Shown here in pieces: positions 35,693 through 46,119 of a stretch of DNA of 64,000 bases (position 1 is its first letter; each line of letters opens with the position of its first letter). The notes below the pieces were generated by a model, which was not told the origin of the DNA, searched no databases, and saw only the letters and a list, made by a program, of their open reading frames with translations. The stretch is from contig OY762007.1 of NCBI GenBank assembly GCA_963665115.1, positions 6,080,001-6,144,000 of the forward strand. Reading direction: 5' to 3'. The position numbers and the translations under genes are program-made. The stretch comes from an uncultured Rivularia sp. (GTDB lineage: Bacteria > Cyanobacteriota > Cyanobacteriia > Cyanobacteriales > Nostocaceae).

Positions 35693-38600
35693 ATGGCGAT
35701 TAGTATAAGTTCAAGCCCAAACGTTTTGATTGAAGAAGAGGGAACTCTTCTAACGCTTACTATAAGTTCGGATGAACCAATTCCCGAAGGTGGTTTGATT
35801 TTGACGGTTAGTAGCGAGACAGTAAACGCTTTGGGACAATTCGATGTCCTAGCGACTCAATCCGAGAACGTTCAAATACTCGGCGTAAATGATGACACCA
35901 GCGGGTTTCGGGTTCGTTTGAACGAGCAAACCGGAACGATTACTTTACCTGTGTTTGACGACAGCGATGAAGATAGTCCGTTGGATTTGACGTTTAGTGT
36001 GGAACCTGGGGAAGGGTATACGGTTGATGAAAATGCGGGTTCGGTAACGCTGAGTATTGAAGATGCTGAAGGTGGAATGACTACACCACCGGATGAAACA
36101 CCGGATGAGACACCGGGAGCTGGTTCGGGTTTACCGTTGGTTAGTTTAAATACGGGACCGGATTATTTGGTGGAAGCGGATGGTACTGTTTCTGCTCATG
36201 TTTTTAATGTCACTGGAGCAACAATACCTGAAGGTGGAATAGTTGTTGGAGTTGATGCACCCAACTTGAGTAGCTTCCGTTTAGATGCAATTGAAGTGGG
36301 AGATGGTGGGGAAATTGTCAACGTCCGAGAGGATGGTTTTGATATTCGACTCACGGATTTTACGACTTTAATTAATCTTCCTGTTGCTGCTGATGGGGAA
36401 GCTGAGGGGTTAGAAACGGCTAGCTTTAGTTTGGAAGCGGGTGATGGGTATGAGGTGAATGATGATTTTAGTAGTGGTGAGTTCACTATTACCGATACTG
36501 CCGAAGAAGTTCCTGATAATATCAGCGAGCCTAACGATATTATTCCTTTAGCTAGCGATATTGGACTCAGTGCTGATAATTCAGTAGTTACGATTGTTGA
36601 AACCTTTGATTTTGATATTGGCAATCGCTACCAAAATGAAGATGGCAGCTTTACTTATGTTGATGCGGTAGAAAACGTAAACCTCTACAGATTTGACCTT
36701 AAAGCAGGAGACGTTATTTCTTCTGACATCGATTCTCGTGCTACAGATGGAGCAGCTTTTCCAAACGTTGAATTCGATACGGTTAATAGCATTGTAGGCA
36801 TACAACGCATATTTGACGCAGACGGTAACGAACTTACTGGAAGAGGTCTCAGTCCAGGGATAGGTGAAATTTTCAGATCGAGTGGAGATTCATACCTTGA
36901 ATTTGAAGCACCAGAAGATGGAACTTACTATCTAGGTCTTAGCTCTTTTTCCAACGGCGCGCCTCAAAGATTTGGTGCGCCCGATACTTGGGGTGGTCTG
37001 ACATACAACCCCTTCATTCCAGCTAGTGGAGATGGGTTTAATGCTTCCGAAGATTCTCTTAATATTGGTGAGTATGAACTAACAATTGCTCTTAATCCAG
37101 AAGAGCGAGCGTTTTTAGTGGAACAGCAAAATCGTAGTAATAACACACTTCCCCAAACAATCGATTTAGCTCAAGATGGTGAGCCAACGGTTTCTTTGAA
37201 CTTTAACAGTGCTACTTATGCTCAGTTTTCAGATCCCCGCGTTATTTCTGGGGAGCTTGGTTTAGACACCGTACTTTCAAACAATTTAATCGAAGGACTT
37301 GACCTAGAGGGTTCACTTTTAAACCTGGTATTAGAAACTGAAGGAGAAATTCCTGAAGAAGGTATTTTAGTTAATGTAAATAGCGACAGCTATCTAAGAG
37401 ACTACTTTTCAGTACGCTCTCTAATTCTTCCTCCTTTTACGCCTGGAGCAGAATTAGTAGATGTTCTAACCGATAACACTGGACGAGAAACGGGTTTTCA
37501 ACTTAGAATATTTGAGCCGGTTACTTTTGTCGGATTGAATGCAAGAACTCCTTATTGGGGTCAGCTATTAGAACCTGAAACTGATGGTCCAGAAGAAATA
37601 ACATTCTTTTTGGAAGGCGGTGAAGGCTACGGGGTATCTGAAACCGAAAATCGAGTCACACCGACGTTCTACGACAGTGAAGAGCAAGCTCGAGAACCTA
37701 ACGTTATTCCTGAAGTTAGCCTCACAATTACCGAAACCGAACTAATTGAATCCGAAGGAGACCGAACGACGCTTAACTTTAGCCTCAGTGAAGCTCCGTC
37801 AGAAGAAGGTGTGCTAGTTTTTGTCAAGGGTGATGCAGTAGGCATCCTACCTCAATTTGATATTCTCAATGCTGATGTTAGCGGAGGTGTTTATCCAACT
37901 CCTAATGGAGAATTTAACGGTTTCTTTTTCAAAATTACTGAACAAGAAGCATCTATTAGTTTATCTGCTTTTGAAGACCCCTTTGAAGAAGGTTTACAAA
38001 GCTTTAACCTTGCGCTTCAAGAAGGACCTCTGTATACGATTGATGAGAATGCAGGTGAAGTCAATTTCACTATTGCTGATAATCCAGATTCTGTCTTAGA
38101 AGTTAGCTTAAGGAGCGACGCTGTTGCGGTTGAGTCAGATAATACAGCAGGCGAGCTTACCTTTAATCTGACTGCATTTCCCACTGAATCAGGTGTTGAC
38201 GTAACAGTCAGTGCTGATGATTTATCGAAGTTTGATACCGAAGCATTCACCGTAACAGGAGGAGAAATAACAGAAGTTACAGACACGGGTTTCTCACTTA
38301 ATATTACCGATGCTACTGCTATCGTTGAGCTACCACCAATATCAGATGGTGAAGATGAGGGAGTAGAAACAACTACTTTCTCTTTGGTTGAAACTACAGA
38401 TTACCTAATCGACCCCGATGCACCCGAAGCCACAATTACGGTGGTAGATATTCCAGAACAAGTTCCTGCTCCAACCTCCGAATTTGATTCTAATGACACG
38501 ATTTCTGAAGCGGTCGATCTTAATATCAATCCCTTCAATCCTACTGCAACATTTACCGCTGCTCTGAGTAGTCGCGAACCAGGTGAATCCGCAAGAGTAG

Positions 38601-39520
38601 ATTCTAGCGTGGGTGAAATCGTAGAGGCTTCAGAAGATGTTGACTTCTACAGTTTCACTTTGGAAGCAGGAGATACGATTAAGCTTGATGTTGATTCTAT
38701 TCCCTTTGAGTCAGCAAAAGTTGAAGGAGTCGAACAACGTTTAGACTCCCAATTGCGCTTGTTTGATGCTTCGGGTAACGAGTTAGCCAGCGTTAATAAC
38801 GGTGCAGCCCCCGACGAAGAATTCAGCCGCGACCCCTATCTAGAATTTACAGCCTCAGAAGCAGGTACTTACTACGTCGGTGTTAGCCAGCTAGGTCACA
38901 ACAATTATAATCCCCTTGTAGAAGATAACCTAACCAGAGGTAGCGGTTGGATTTTCCCCGAAATCGGCGTTCTCTTCGGCGAATACGAACTCAACGTCGA
39001 ATTAGCATCCGATGGTGATGGTTTATTACCCACTACTGAATCAGTATTCGGCTCCCTTGAAGGAGATATTATTGAAGTCACCGGAACTAGTCAAATTATT
39101 TTCGGTGGAGATGAAAGCGATTTAATTGATGCTTCTATTGCTAGCGAAGGTGGAAACCGTATTTACGCGGGTAGCGGTGACGATACTTTGATTTTGGGAA
39201 GTGGCGATCGCCTTGTCGGTGGTGACGGCGCTGATAAGTTCTTCACAACTTCTGGTGGTGATAATATTCTTACCGGAGGTGCAGGTGCTGACCAATTCTG
39301 GATTGCTACAGCAGAAATTTCGGATTCAGCAAATATTATTACCGACTTTACCAGTGGTGAAGATGTTTTAGGTATCGCTGGTTTGGGTATCGGCTTTGAA
39401 GATTTGAGCATCACTCAGCAGAATGATAACACTTTGATTGCTGCGAATAGCTCGGATTTAGCGATATTGCGAGGAATTGGTGCTGATAGCTTGATTGCGG
39501 ATAACTTTGCTTTCGCTTAA
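35693..39520 (+). CDS. Large acidic extracellular protein (Calx-beta-like repeats, two pre-peptidase C-terminal (PPC)-like domains, RTX-like Gly/Asp C-terminus)
   Basis: 1275 aa, D/E-rich; repeated EG.GY.VD..AG modules; D.YLEF.A...GTYY.G.S twice; GGDGADKF/GGAGADQF nonapeptide-like motifs, ITDFTSGEDVLG, ending NFAFA as in type I secreted proteins. Confidence 0.8.
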   Translation: MAISISSSPNVLIEEEGTLLTLTISSDEPIPEGGLILTVSSETVNALGQFDVLATQSENVQILGVNDDTSGFRVRLNEQTGTITLPVFDDSDEDSPLDLTFSVEPGEGYTVDENAGSVTLSIEDAEGGMTTPPDETPDETPGAGSGLPLVSLNTGPDYLVEADGTVSAHVFNVTGATIPEGGIVVGVDAPNLSSFRLDAIEVGDGGEIVNVREDGFDIRLTDFTTLINLPVAADGEAEGLETASFSLEAGDGYEVNDDFSSGEFTITDTAEEVPDNISEPNDIIPLASDIGLSADNSVVTIVETFDFDIGNRYQNEDGSFTYVDAVENVNLYRFDLKAGDVISSDIDSRATDGAAFPNVEFDTVNSIVGIQRIFDADGNELTGRGLSPGIGEIFRSSGDSYLEFEAPEDGTYYLGLSSFSNGAPQRFGAPDTWGGLTYNPFIPASGDGFNASEDSLNIGEYELTIALNPEERAFLVEQQNRSNNTLPQTIDLAQDGEPTVSLNFNSATYAQFSDPRVISGELGLDTVLSNNLIEGLDLEGSLLNLVLETEGEIPEEGILVNVNSDSYLRDYFSVRSLILPPFTPGAELVDVLTDNTGRETGFQLRIFEPVTFVGLNARTPYWGQLLEPETDGPEEITFFLEGGEGYGVSETENRVTPTFYDSEEQAREPNVIPEVSLTITETELIESEGDRTTLNFSLSEAPSEEGVLVFVKGDAVGILPQFDILNADVSGGVYPTPNGEFNGFFFKITEQEASISLSAFEDPFEEGLQSFNLALQEGPLYTIDENAGEVNFTIADNPDSVLEVSLRSDAVAVESDNTAGELTFNLTAFPTESGVDVTVSADDLSKFDTEAFTVTGGEITEVTDTGFSLNITDATAIVELPPISDGEDEGVETTTFSLVETTDYLIDPDAPEATITVVDIPEQVPAPTSEFDSNDTISEAVDLNINPFNPTATFTAALSSREPGESARVDSSVGEIVEASEDVDFYSFTLEAGDTIKLDVDSIPFESAKVEGVEQRLDSQLRLFDASGNELASVNNGAAPDEEFSRDPYLEFTASEAGTYYVGVSQLGHNNYNPLVEDNLTRGSGWIFPEIGVLFGEYELNVELASDGDGLLPTTESVFGSLEGDIIEVTGTSQIIFGGDESDLIDASIASEGGNRIYAGSGDDTLILGSGDRLVGGDGADKFFTTSGGDNILTGGAGADQFWIATAEISDSANIITDFTSGEDVLGIAGLGIGFEDLSITQQNDNTLIAANSSDLAILRGIGADSLIADNFAFA

Positions 39521-39578
39521 GTTTCTAGCTATACATTATCATTCCAATTAGTTAAGGTTTGTAGAATTTAAAGATTGT

Positions 39579-39607
39579 AAGGATGGCGTAATGCCATCCT
39601 TTTTTTA
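39579..39607 (+). terminator. Rho-independent terminator
   Basis: AAGGATGGC-gtaat-GCCATCCTT followed by a T tract, about 60 bp after the stop at 39520. Confidence 0.8.
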
Positions 39608-39849
39608 TGATATTCAAGATGCAAAATTTGTACAGAGCGTAAGTATAATTCGGGTGGATGTCGCCTCCGGATCACCCTGCGGAGAGATCTTGCAAGGGTT
39701 TCAATGTATTTCCTTACGGTTTGAATCGCAGAAAACGCAATTCTTACTCTAGCATGATGATTCGTGGACGAGAAGATGCAATTTAAGCAATTAATTTTAA
39801 TAATTTGCTGATAGCCTTTTAAGCCTGCCCATTTTTTGAGGCTCCATCT

Positions 39850-40272
39850 CGGGGCTAACATGGGGGGGTAATGCGGTAATAATGTCGATTCCTGCCTTTT
39901 GAATTCGGAGGGTCGCGCACATCCTTGTAGATTGGTACACCGGGGAAACGTTTTTACAAAACGAGTCGATTTCACAGAGTCCGCATAATTGGACTTTTCC
40001 GGTGATAATTCCACAGAGGGGGAAACCGGCTCCAATTCCGCTGCACAAGTCAAAGCAATTCGCAATTACCAATGAGCAATTCGCAATTACAATCAGTGGT
40101 GGATTCAAGCCCCCACTGATTGCAGACCACTGAACTTCGTTTCAGTGGGGGCTTGTAACCCAAAATGGCGGCAAATATTCAATTCGTTTAATAAAGATAA
40201 GTATCAATTGCGAATTGCTCATTGCGAATTGACAATTATTTGGTCAAGCACTCGGAGTTTTCCTTTTCCCAT
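39850..40272 (-). pseudogene. C5-cytosine DNA methyltransferase remnant
   Basis: Across several frames: MGKGKLRVLD | LCSGIGAGF (motif I), CEIDSFC, FPGVPIYKDV, IDIITA.PPC*P (motif IV with stop). Interrupted by an insertion, frameshifted and truncated. Confidence 0.8.
40056..40230. repeat. Small inverted-repeat (MITE/STRR-like) insertion with an internal REP-like hairpin
   Basis: Left CAATGAGCAATTCGCAATT and right AATTGCGAATTGCTCATTG are reverse complements; internal CAAGCCCCCACTGA...TCAGTGGGGGCTTG palindrome. Confidence 0.75.
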
Positions 40273-40675
40273 TTCTCCCATGCCTCCTCGAATTCAGCTA
40301 AGGTGTCATAGTCATCTGGTTCTGGTGGTTCAATACTGTCATCCCAGAAAATTATTAATTAGGAGTGTGTCGCTTGAACACTTAGAAAAGTTAGGTTGAT
40401 ATCATAGTTTAAAACTTGAATTTATTCAGTGGGTGCAATAGTATTTAAGATTTTATCCTTTAAACAATTAAAAAAAAATCAATAGAGGATTTAGCATATA
40501 AGTATTTTTAACAACTCCAGAATAGAGGCGTTGCTGTTTTACCGTATCGATTATCTATACTAAATCGATACGTAATTGGTTGAAAAAATTTAATCCACTG
40601 AGTCATCAGCGGGCTTTTCCTTAAGAAGTTTTAATAGTTTCTGATGAGTTCGCCTGAGAGCTTCATTCTCCTCTC

Positions 40676-40939
40676 TCAGGCTGATAATTCCCCCAAGCAT
40701 TGCTGGTAATGGTTAATAATTTGTGAATGTTTATCAAGAGTTTGTTGCATTTCCTCAATCTTCTGCTGCAAGCTAATCACATTATTTTCTTGAGCTTCTG
40801 AAGTTGGTGTATTTAGATATTCGTTGACCATGCTTGAAATAACATCGGTAACGGTTTTTCCCTCCATGCCAGCTTTACGCTTCAAAGCTTCTTTTATTTC
40901 CTGTGTTGTTTCAACTGATATAAAGGTTCTTTTAGGCAT
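40676..40939 (-). CDS. Ribbon-helix-helix (CopG-like) regulator with coiled-coil tail
   Basis: RTFISVETTQEIKEALKRKAGMEGKTVTDVISSMVNEYL; paralogous to 43590 and 46120. Confidence 0.75.
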   Translation of the reverse strand: MPKRTFISVETTQEIKEALKRKAGMEGKTVTDVISSMVNEYLNTPTSEAQENNVISLQQKIEEMQQTLDKHSQIINHYQQCLGELSA

Positions 40940-41005
40940 ATCCTTCGATTATTCTATATCTCTAACTTAACTACATTTGAATTGTATTTACAACTGCATT
41001 GATTT

Positions 41006-41039
41006 TTGTATTGACTTATTTCCTATCAATCAATACAAT
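41006..41039 (+). promoter_or_regulatory. Sigma70-type promoter overlapped by an inverted-repeat operator
   Basis: TTGACT (41011)-N17-TACAAT (41034); TTGTATTGA (41006-14) and TCAATACAA (41030-38) are a perfect inverted pair. Confidence 0.65.
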
Positions 41040-41086
41040 AGATACAGAAACCACATTTGTGCGATCGCTATATGGCTAATTAATTT

Positions 41087-41263
41087 TTACTTACTTTCCC
41101 TTGTTTTTTGTGGATTTATTTCCCCACTTTCTTTGGCTTGCCTTATGGAAGTCTCTATCAAGAAAGCAGCAAGGTTAGCAGTTGGTCTTCCTTGAGAATC
41201 AGCCCACTGCTCTAGTTCTTCAAAAACTGAATCAGGCAAAGTTACAAAAACCCTTTTACTCAC
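41087..41263 (-). CDS. 58-aa CopG-like ribbon-helix-helix protein, below the ORF track cutoff
   Basis: GTG start: MSKRVFVTLPDSVFEELEQWADSQGRPTANLAAFLIETSIRQAKESGEINPQKTRESK*. Confidence 0.8.
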   Translation of the reverse strand: MSKRVFVTLPDSVFEELEQWADSQGRPTANLAAFLIETSIRQAKESGEINPQKTRESK

Positions 41264-41543
41264 GGTGTTTTACATCAAGTCTCGTTTTCCCTCCCATAGT
41301 ACAGTCAAGCTTCACTAATTGAGCCATTTACTACGATTAAGTAGCGATAAGTTATAAATTAGTTACTAATAGTTAGCTTTTTTGGTAGAATAAGATTATC
41401 ATACTAAAAACAAGCACCACAATTTTTTAATCTTGCAGCGCTTGATACGACTATTTAATTTAAAAGCCAAAACCCCCCGCCCAGACTACCAATCAGTTCG
41501 GAGGGTATGGTTTCCCAATTACATCAAAGGGATACTTTATATT

Positions 41544-42984
41544 ATGCATAAGATAGCTTTAGACGACAATACCCAAAACGTCTACCCACCATTTGTATTC
41601 GCCACAAACTTTGATTATTCTCAATTCGAGAATCGAGAACTTCAAAGCAAAGCTAAAACCACGCTCAATCAATTTATCGGCTTTGTTCGGCAAACCTTCG
41701 ACGGCTTACTAGAAAACGGACAAGCATTAAATTCAATCTATCAAGACTGCATTGCTCATTGCCCAAAAGGTAAAAAAGTATTTGACAATTGGCTAGCATC
41801 CGATGACTTCGGAGCATCACGATACATAGCTAAAGCTGCAATTGAAATTTACAATTGGTTTTCAAAACTGCCGAAGCGTTTGCAGCGTCTAGTACGCGCT
41901 AATGTCCAAAAATGGAGCGTGTCAGCACTAAGACAACTAACTAAAGTCAGCCACGATTTAGTAAAGGAATTAGTGCGATCGTCAAAGAAAACAGCGGCAG
42001 AAATTAAGAAAGAGCGAGAGAAAGAGGAGCGGGAAAGGGGTAGAGAGGGAGGGAAGGAACAATCCCTCACTCCCACTTCCCTCACTCCCTCCCTCCTAAA
42101 GCCCGGAAACGCGAATCATAGTTACAAAATGTGACAGAGGTTGGGCTGGTTCTGCTGGAATCATTATGTCCGAGTGGAAGGGTGATTTTTGGGTATTACT
42201 TGACCACGTAGTTACTCAAGGAATGGAAACTAAGCAGCTGTTCAAACCTCATCAAATTCAGCCAGAATCCCAAAAAACAGCCATAAAACCAACTTCCTCA
42301 AAGCATATGTTTAGTGCTGCCGAAGTTGAAAAGAAAATCACTGAAGCTTTAGCACAGCGAGAGAAAGAGAAAACCGAAGAAGAACTAGGAAAATTTGTTG
42401 AAATTCGAGATGCAGCCCTCGAAGCAGCTAAAGAAGAGATAAGTGCTGCCAAAAAACACGCGGCTCAGATGGAACAAGCGAAACAAAAGTTAATCGAGCA
42501 ATTAATAGCCAAAGATAACGAATTAGACCATGTTCGTGGCTTATTAGAAGAAAATCAACGACTCGAACAAAGAATCCAAGATTTAGAAAAATCTCTCGAA
42601 GATTCCAATAGAGATAGCTGGGGTAATACATTTAACAAGCAAGCCGCGAAGGTAGTTAACAAGAATTTAGAAAAAACTATTGAGCCATTGATGTCAGAAG
42701 TTGAGCGTCTAAATAACGTACTTTCTGAAAAAGAGCAGGAATTAACTGAACTTCAAGATACGAGCAGGAAACAGCAGGAAGAATTGCAGCAAAAAATAAA
42801 TTCAAATTCGATTATTAATGAGTTTGGCGAGATTGGAGAGTACCTGGGATGGAATGGTTGGAGTAGTAAAGGGTATAGAGCGAAAAACGGGATGTTGTAT
42901 GGAGGGATTCACGCTCTAACTGCTTTTATTTGTGACTTGAAAGTTTCGCATCCGAATTATCAAGAACAGGAAATTCCGTTTTAA
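41544..42984 (+). CDS. Hypothetical protein (helical N-terminus, KOW/SH3-like middle, long coiled coil); joined across a +1 frameshift at about 42107
   Basis: Removing one A in GGAAA gives LKPGTRIIVTKCDRGWAGSAGIIMSEW, continuous with ORF 42166. Confidence 0.7.
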
Positions 42985-43082
42985 ACTGCGAACAAATTCT
43001 ATTTCCGTAAAACCTTGCTTTTAACTAAAAATTAATGGCACTTAGTTTGACATGACAAAATAACCTTTCACAAATAAGTAAT

Positions 43083-43439
43083 ATGCAATTATTAAAACAG
43101 CCGCAAGCTAATACTAAGAAAATTCCTCGGTGGTTCGCTAAATTTGTCTTGTATCAAACACAAAATGGTGCCAATCAACAAATATTGTTGAAACTGTTAG
43201 AACCGATGTCACCAGAAGAATGGTGCATAATTTGGATACCTATTCTTTATCCAGGAATAGAAGTACCAACTCCTGGAAAGCGAAGCCCTCGCGGTTATAT
43301 GAAAGCTTGTAATGCTACTCTTTCTTACTTAACTGGCTATAATGGAAGAGCTATCGAAGGCTGGTTTTATAGCAGGTCTTATCATTATTCGGTGGGGATT
43401 TTATTGCGGTGTTTTGATTTAATCTTGCAAATGAAATAA
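43083..43439 (+). CDS. Hypothetical HTH-like protein, related to 48506-49108
   Basis: GYMKACNATLSYLTGYNGRAIEGW resembles YGTKCINLLSKLLGFRKQTIRSW. Confidence 0.6.
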   Translation: MQLLKQPQANTKKIPRWFAKFVLYQTQNGANQQILLKLLEPMSPEEWCIIWIPILYPGIEVPTPGKRSPRGYMKACNATLSYLTGYNGRAIEGWFYSRSYHYSVGILLRCFDLILQMK

Positions 43440-43589
43440 TATCAAATACAGTCAATTGCCTGCATACTATAAGAATAATATATTAAAATCTTGGTAAATC
43501 CAATATTGCAGCCTTTTTTAAATACTAACGTTCTTCAATCATATGTTTCCCATCGCGCCATTTATCAGTCTCTTAGACAGGAATTTGGC

Positions 43590-43823
43590 TTAAAATCTTG
43601 CTAATTCTGCCAAGATTTTTTCAACTTTTAGTAATCTTTTTTCTAGCTCTTCAATCTTCTGGGATTCACCCTTGTGAGGAGTCGCTAGATACTGCTTTAT
43701 GTACTTGATTAATAGTTCTGTTGCTGAAGTGTTATTTTTCCTCGATTTCTTAATAAAAGCGGAATTTAACTCGTCATCGATTCGGATGTTTAATTGACCC
43801 ATAGCATTTCTCATGCTTGACAT
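43590..43823 (-). CDS. Ribbon-helix-helix regulator with coiled-coil tail
   Basis: QLNIRIDDELNSAFIKKSRKNNTSATELLIKYIKQYL...LEKRLLKVEKIL. Confidence 0.75.
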   Translation of the reverse strand: MSSMRNAMGQLNIRIDDELNSAFIKKSRKNNTSATELLIKYIKQYLATPHKGESQKIEELEKRLLKVEKILAELARF

Positions 43824-44080
43824 ATTATATACGGAATATAGTGTATTTTTTTATTTTGTATATTCGATGCGATTGCTTTGCAGATGCCCGCTCGCCGCAC
43901 CTACGGTGAAAGGTCAAATCGCAACCTTTATTACCTAATTTTATAGATAACTGAACTATTTAATTGAGAATACTTACCCGTGTTCACCTTCCGGAGCGTT
44001 GCTCCCCTAAAACTTTTGACAAAATTCTCAACCAACTTACCGAAGTGAAAATTTTGCCCTTCGGTGGAGAAAAGGGAGTA

Positions 44081-45046
44081 TTACTCATGAAGTGGACATC
44101 GCTGCATCATCTCCTCAATCCTCACTACTTCACCTTCGGGCGTATAAACCACCCCTTCAGACATTGCAATTACTATTCTTTCCTTCCTCGCCCATTCAAA
44201 CCAAACACTCACATCGGAAGCTACAGTATTTTTGGGTTTTTCACCGCTTTTACAACTGTTGATAAATAAACCCGTGGGATTATCGCACCATCCTTCATGA
44301 ATTGCTTCTTTGACACGGGCGATCGCACTACTTACATTATCCCAATACTTCTTAATTACCCCCAAACAAGGGTCTGGATTAATTCGCAATCGCTTCAACT
44401 CAGCATAAACTTCTTTTATCTCTAACTTTACAGACTTCTCTGAAGTTGTAAGTACTTCGACTTGCGGCTGAGTAATTTTATCAACACTAGTATCTGGGTT
44501 TTGAGTCGAGTTAACTGGTTCTAATTGTTCATCGTAGCGGGGTATTTGGGTTTCTTGTTCTGCTTCATCAACTTTATCTTCCTCAGTAGCAGTATTGTTG
44601 TTTTCAGAAAACTTAATTGTAGTTTTATATGTTGGCGGATTATTTGCATATTCACCTGAAATATCTGGCGCATTTGTGTCAATATTTTCGCATTGACTAA
44701 ACTCTATAGTTTCCATGATATTTTCCAGGTTGAGTCTATATTCAGAAGCAGTATCTTTAGGGAATCGATGAGATGGTTTATCTTCTACCAATCCGTCAAA
44801 CACCAATTCCCTCATATGCTTACTAATTGTTTCTCGACAGTAGCCAAGAATATCAGCCAGATTCTCAAAAGTGATTCTAACCCAAGAGTTACCGTAATAA
44901 TGCTTTCCATCTAACCAAGACAGTATGGCTGCTTTGCACTTTTGGCGACGGTTGAATGTGGCAAGAAACTCTTTAAGGATGTTGATTGGGGGATTGATTT
45001 GTCCCAATGATGCGGAAGTGAAACTAGTCATTATCTCCTCCTTCAT
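44081..45046 (-). CDS. Putative replication initiator / replisome organiser (N-terminal winged HTH)
   Basis: ITFENLADILGYCRETISKHMRELVFDGLV HTH, low-complexity linker, C-terminal DNPTGLFINSCKSG of the type seen in phage/plasmid initiators. Confidence 0.55.
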   Translation of the reverse strand: MKEEIMTSFTSASLGQINPPINILKEFLATFNRRQKCKAAILSWLDGKHYYGNSWVRITFENLADILGYCRETISKHMRELVFDGLVEDKPSHRFPKDTASEYRLNLENIMETIEFSQCENIDTNAPDISGEYANNPPTYKTTIKFSENNNTATEEDKVDEAEQETQIPRYDEQLEPVNSTQNPDTSVDKITQPQVEVLTTSEKSVKLEIKEVYAELKRLRINPDPCLGVIKKYWDNVSSAIARVKEAIHEGWCDNPTGLFINSCKSGEKPKNTVASDVSVWFEWARKERIVIAMSEGVVYTPEGEVVRIEEMMQRCPLHE

Positions 45047-45816
45047 TAAATTGTTTCAATGCCTCACGCTTTGCCACTTCGAGCCTTGCCTGTTCTTCCG
45101 GTGATACTTCTCCAACAACAGTTTTTAGTTCCGAATGCTGTTTTTGTTTAACTTGTTGTGTAAGTGCTTCTATAGGAACTGAATCTTCAGTTTTATAGCT
45201 AGGTTTAAACCCACGACGACGATATAAAAAACGAAAGTGCCGTTTGTCTTGTGGTGGTAATTCTTCCCATACTTCGGCATCCCATCCAGGCGGTATGTAG
45301 TTTGCTTTTGAAGCTGGTAGTAAATTTTGTATTTGGGATTGGAGCAATTGTATTTCTTCTCCTTGTTTCTCAATTATTTGATTCTGCTGCTTAAGTTTTT
45401 CAAGGATATTTGAAAGCAGTTTCTTGGTTTTGCAATCCGAGTTCTGCCTCACGAGTAAGGAGCGCAAAATAGGTTTGTGCTTCTGCTATTTCTGGCTTAC
45501 GTGGGTCGCCATTCATTGCAGTAATATAACAAGCATATCGAGATAGCTTATAATTTTTCAGCACTTCTCTAAATGCCTGAGAGTCCCCTATTCGCGCCAT
45601 TTGGACGACGTTGGTAAAATGGTCAGATACGTTTGCCCCGGAATTGCGAGCGCTAACTTTTGCTCTTTCTACAGTATCTTTAATTCTCTTCCAAGTTCTA
45701 TATCCCATCGACGCTAATAAATCTGTCGCCAACCAGTATTCGGTTCCTAATTCATCAATTTGTTTGATTTTGTCAAATGGACTGGTATCGCTTTTACTTA
45801 AATTAATCGAATCCAT
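45024..45816 (-). CDS. Bro-N/DinD-like antirepressor-type protein; joined across a +1 frameshift at about 45420
   Basis: EYWLATDLLASMGYRTW, YKLSRYACYITAMNGDPRKPEIAEAQTYFA (DinD/Bro signature); removing one A gives QELLSNILEKLKQQ. Confidence 0.8.
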
Positions 45817-46034
45817 AATTCCTCCGTTGCAAATGCATGAGAAAATAGAGCGACGCTGCTACTACAACTCGCCACTGAGTAAAATTAATTTCTTTCATCG
45901 CCAAGATTGAGAACTATCAAGTATTAAGCAGCTACAGAGATGCAACTGTTTAATACTTAATAGAAGAAAATTACTTGTTATCCCAAATAGTAACACATAG
46001 TTATCACAATAGATATTGAAGAATAAAAAGCAGT

Positions 46035-46060
46035 AAACCCGCCTAATGTTTAGCGGGTTT
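46035..46060. terminator. Hairpin terminator downstream of the RHH gene
   Basis: AAACCCGC-ctaatgttta-GCGGGTTT. Confidence 0.55.
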
Positions 46061-46119
46061 ATCTTTAAGCATCTGCTTTAACTGTTCAAGCAATTGCCTG
46101 AGAGAATTATTTTCTTCTC

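Noticed and set aside
39568..40399. Track ORFs 39568-40065, 39797-40108 and 40145-40399 as real genes
   Set aside because: They are patchworks of MTase pseudogene frames and the inverted-repeat insertion.
40977..41195. 72-aa plus-strand ORF
   Set aside because: It overlaps the promoter/operator and is antisense to a convincing RHH gene at 41087-41263.
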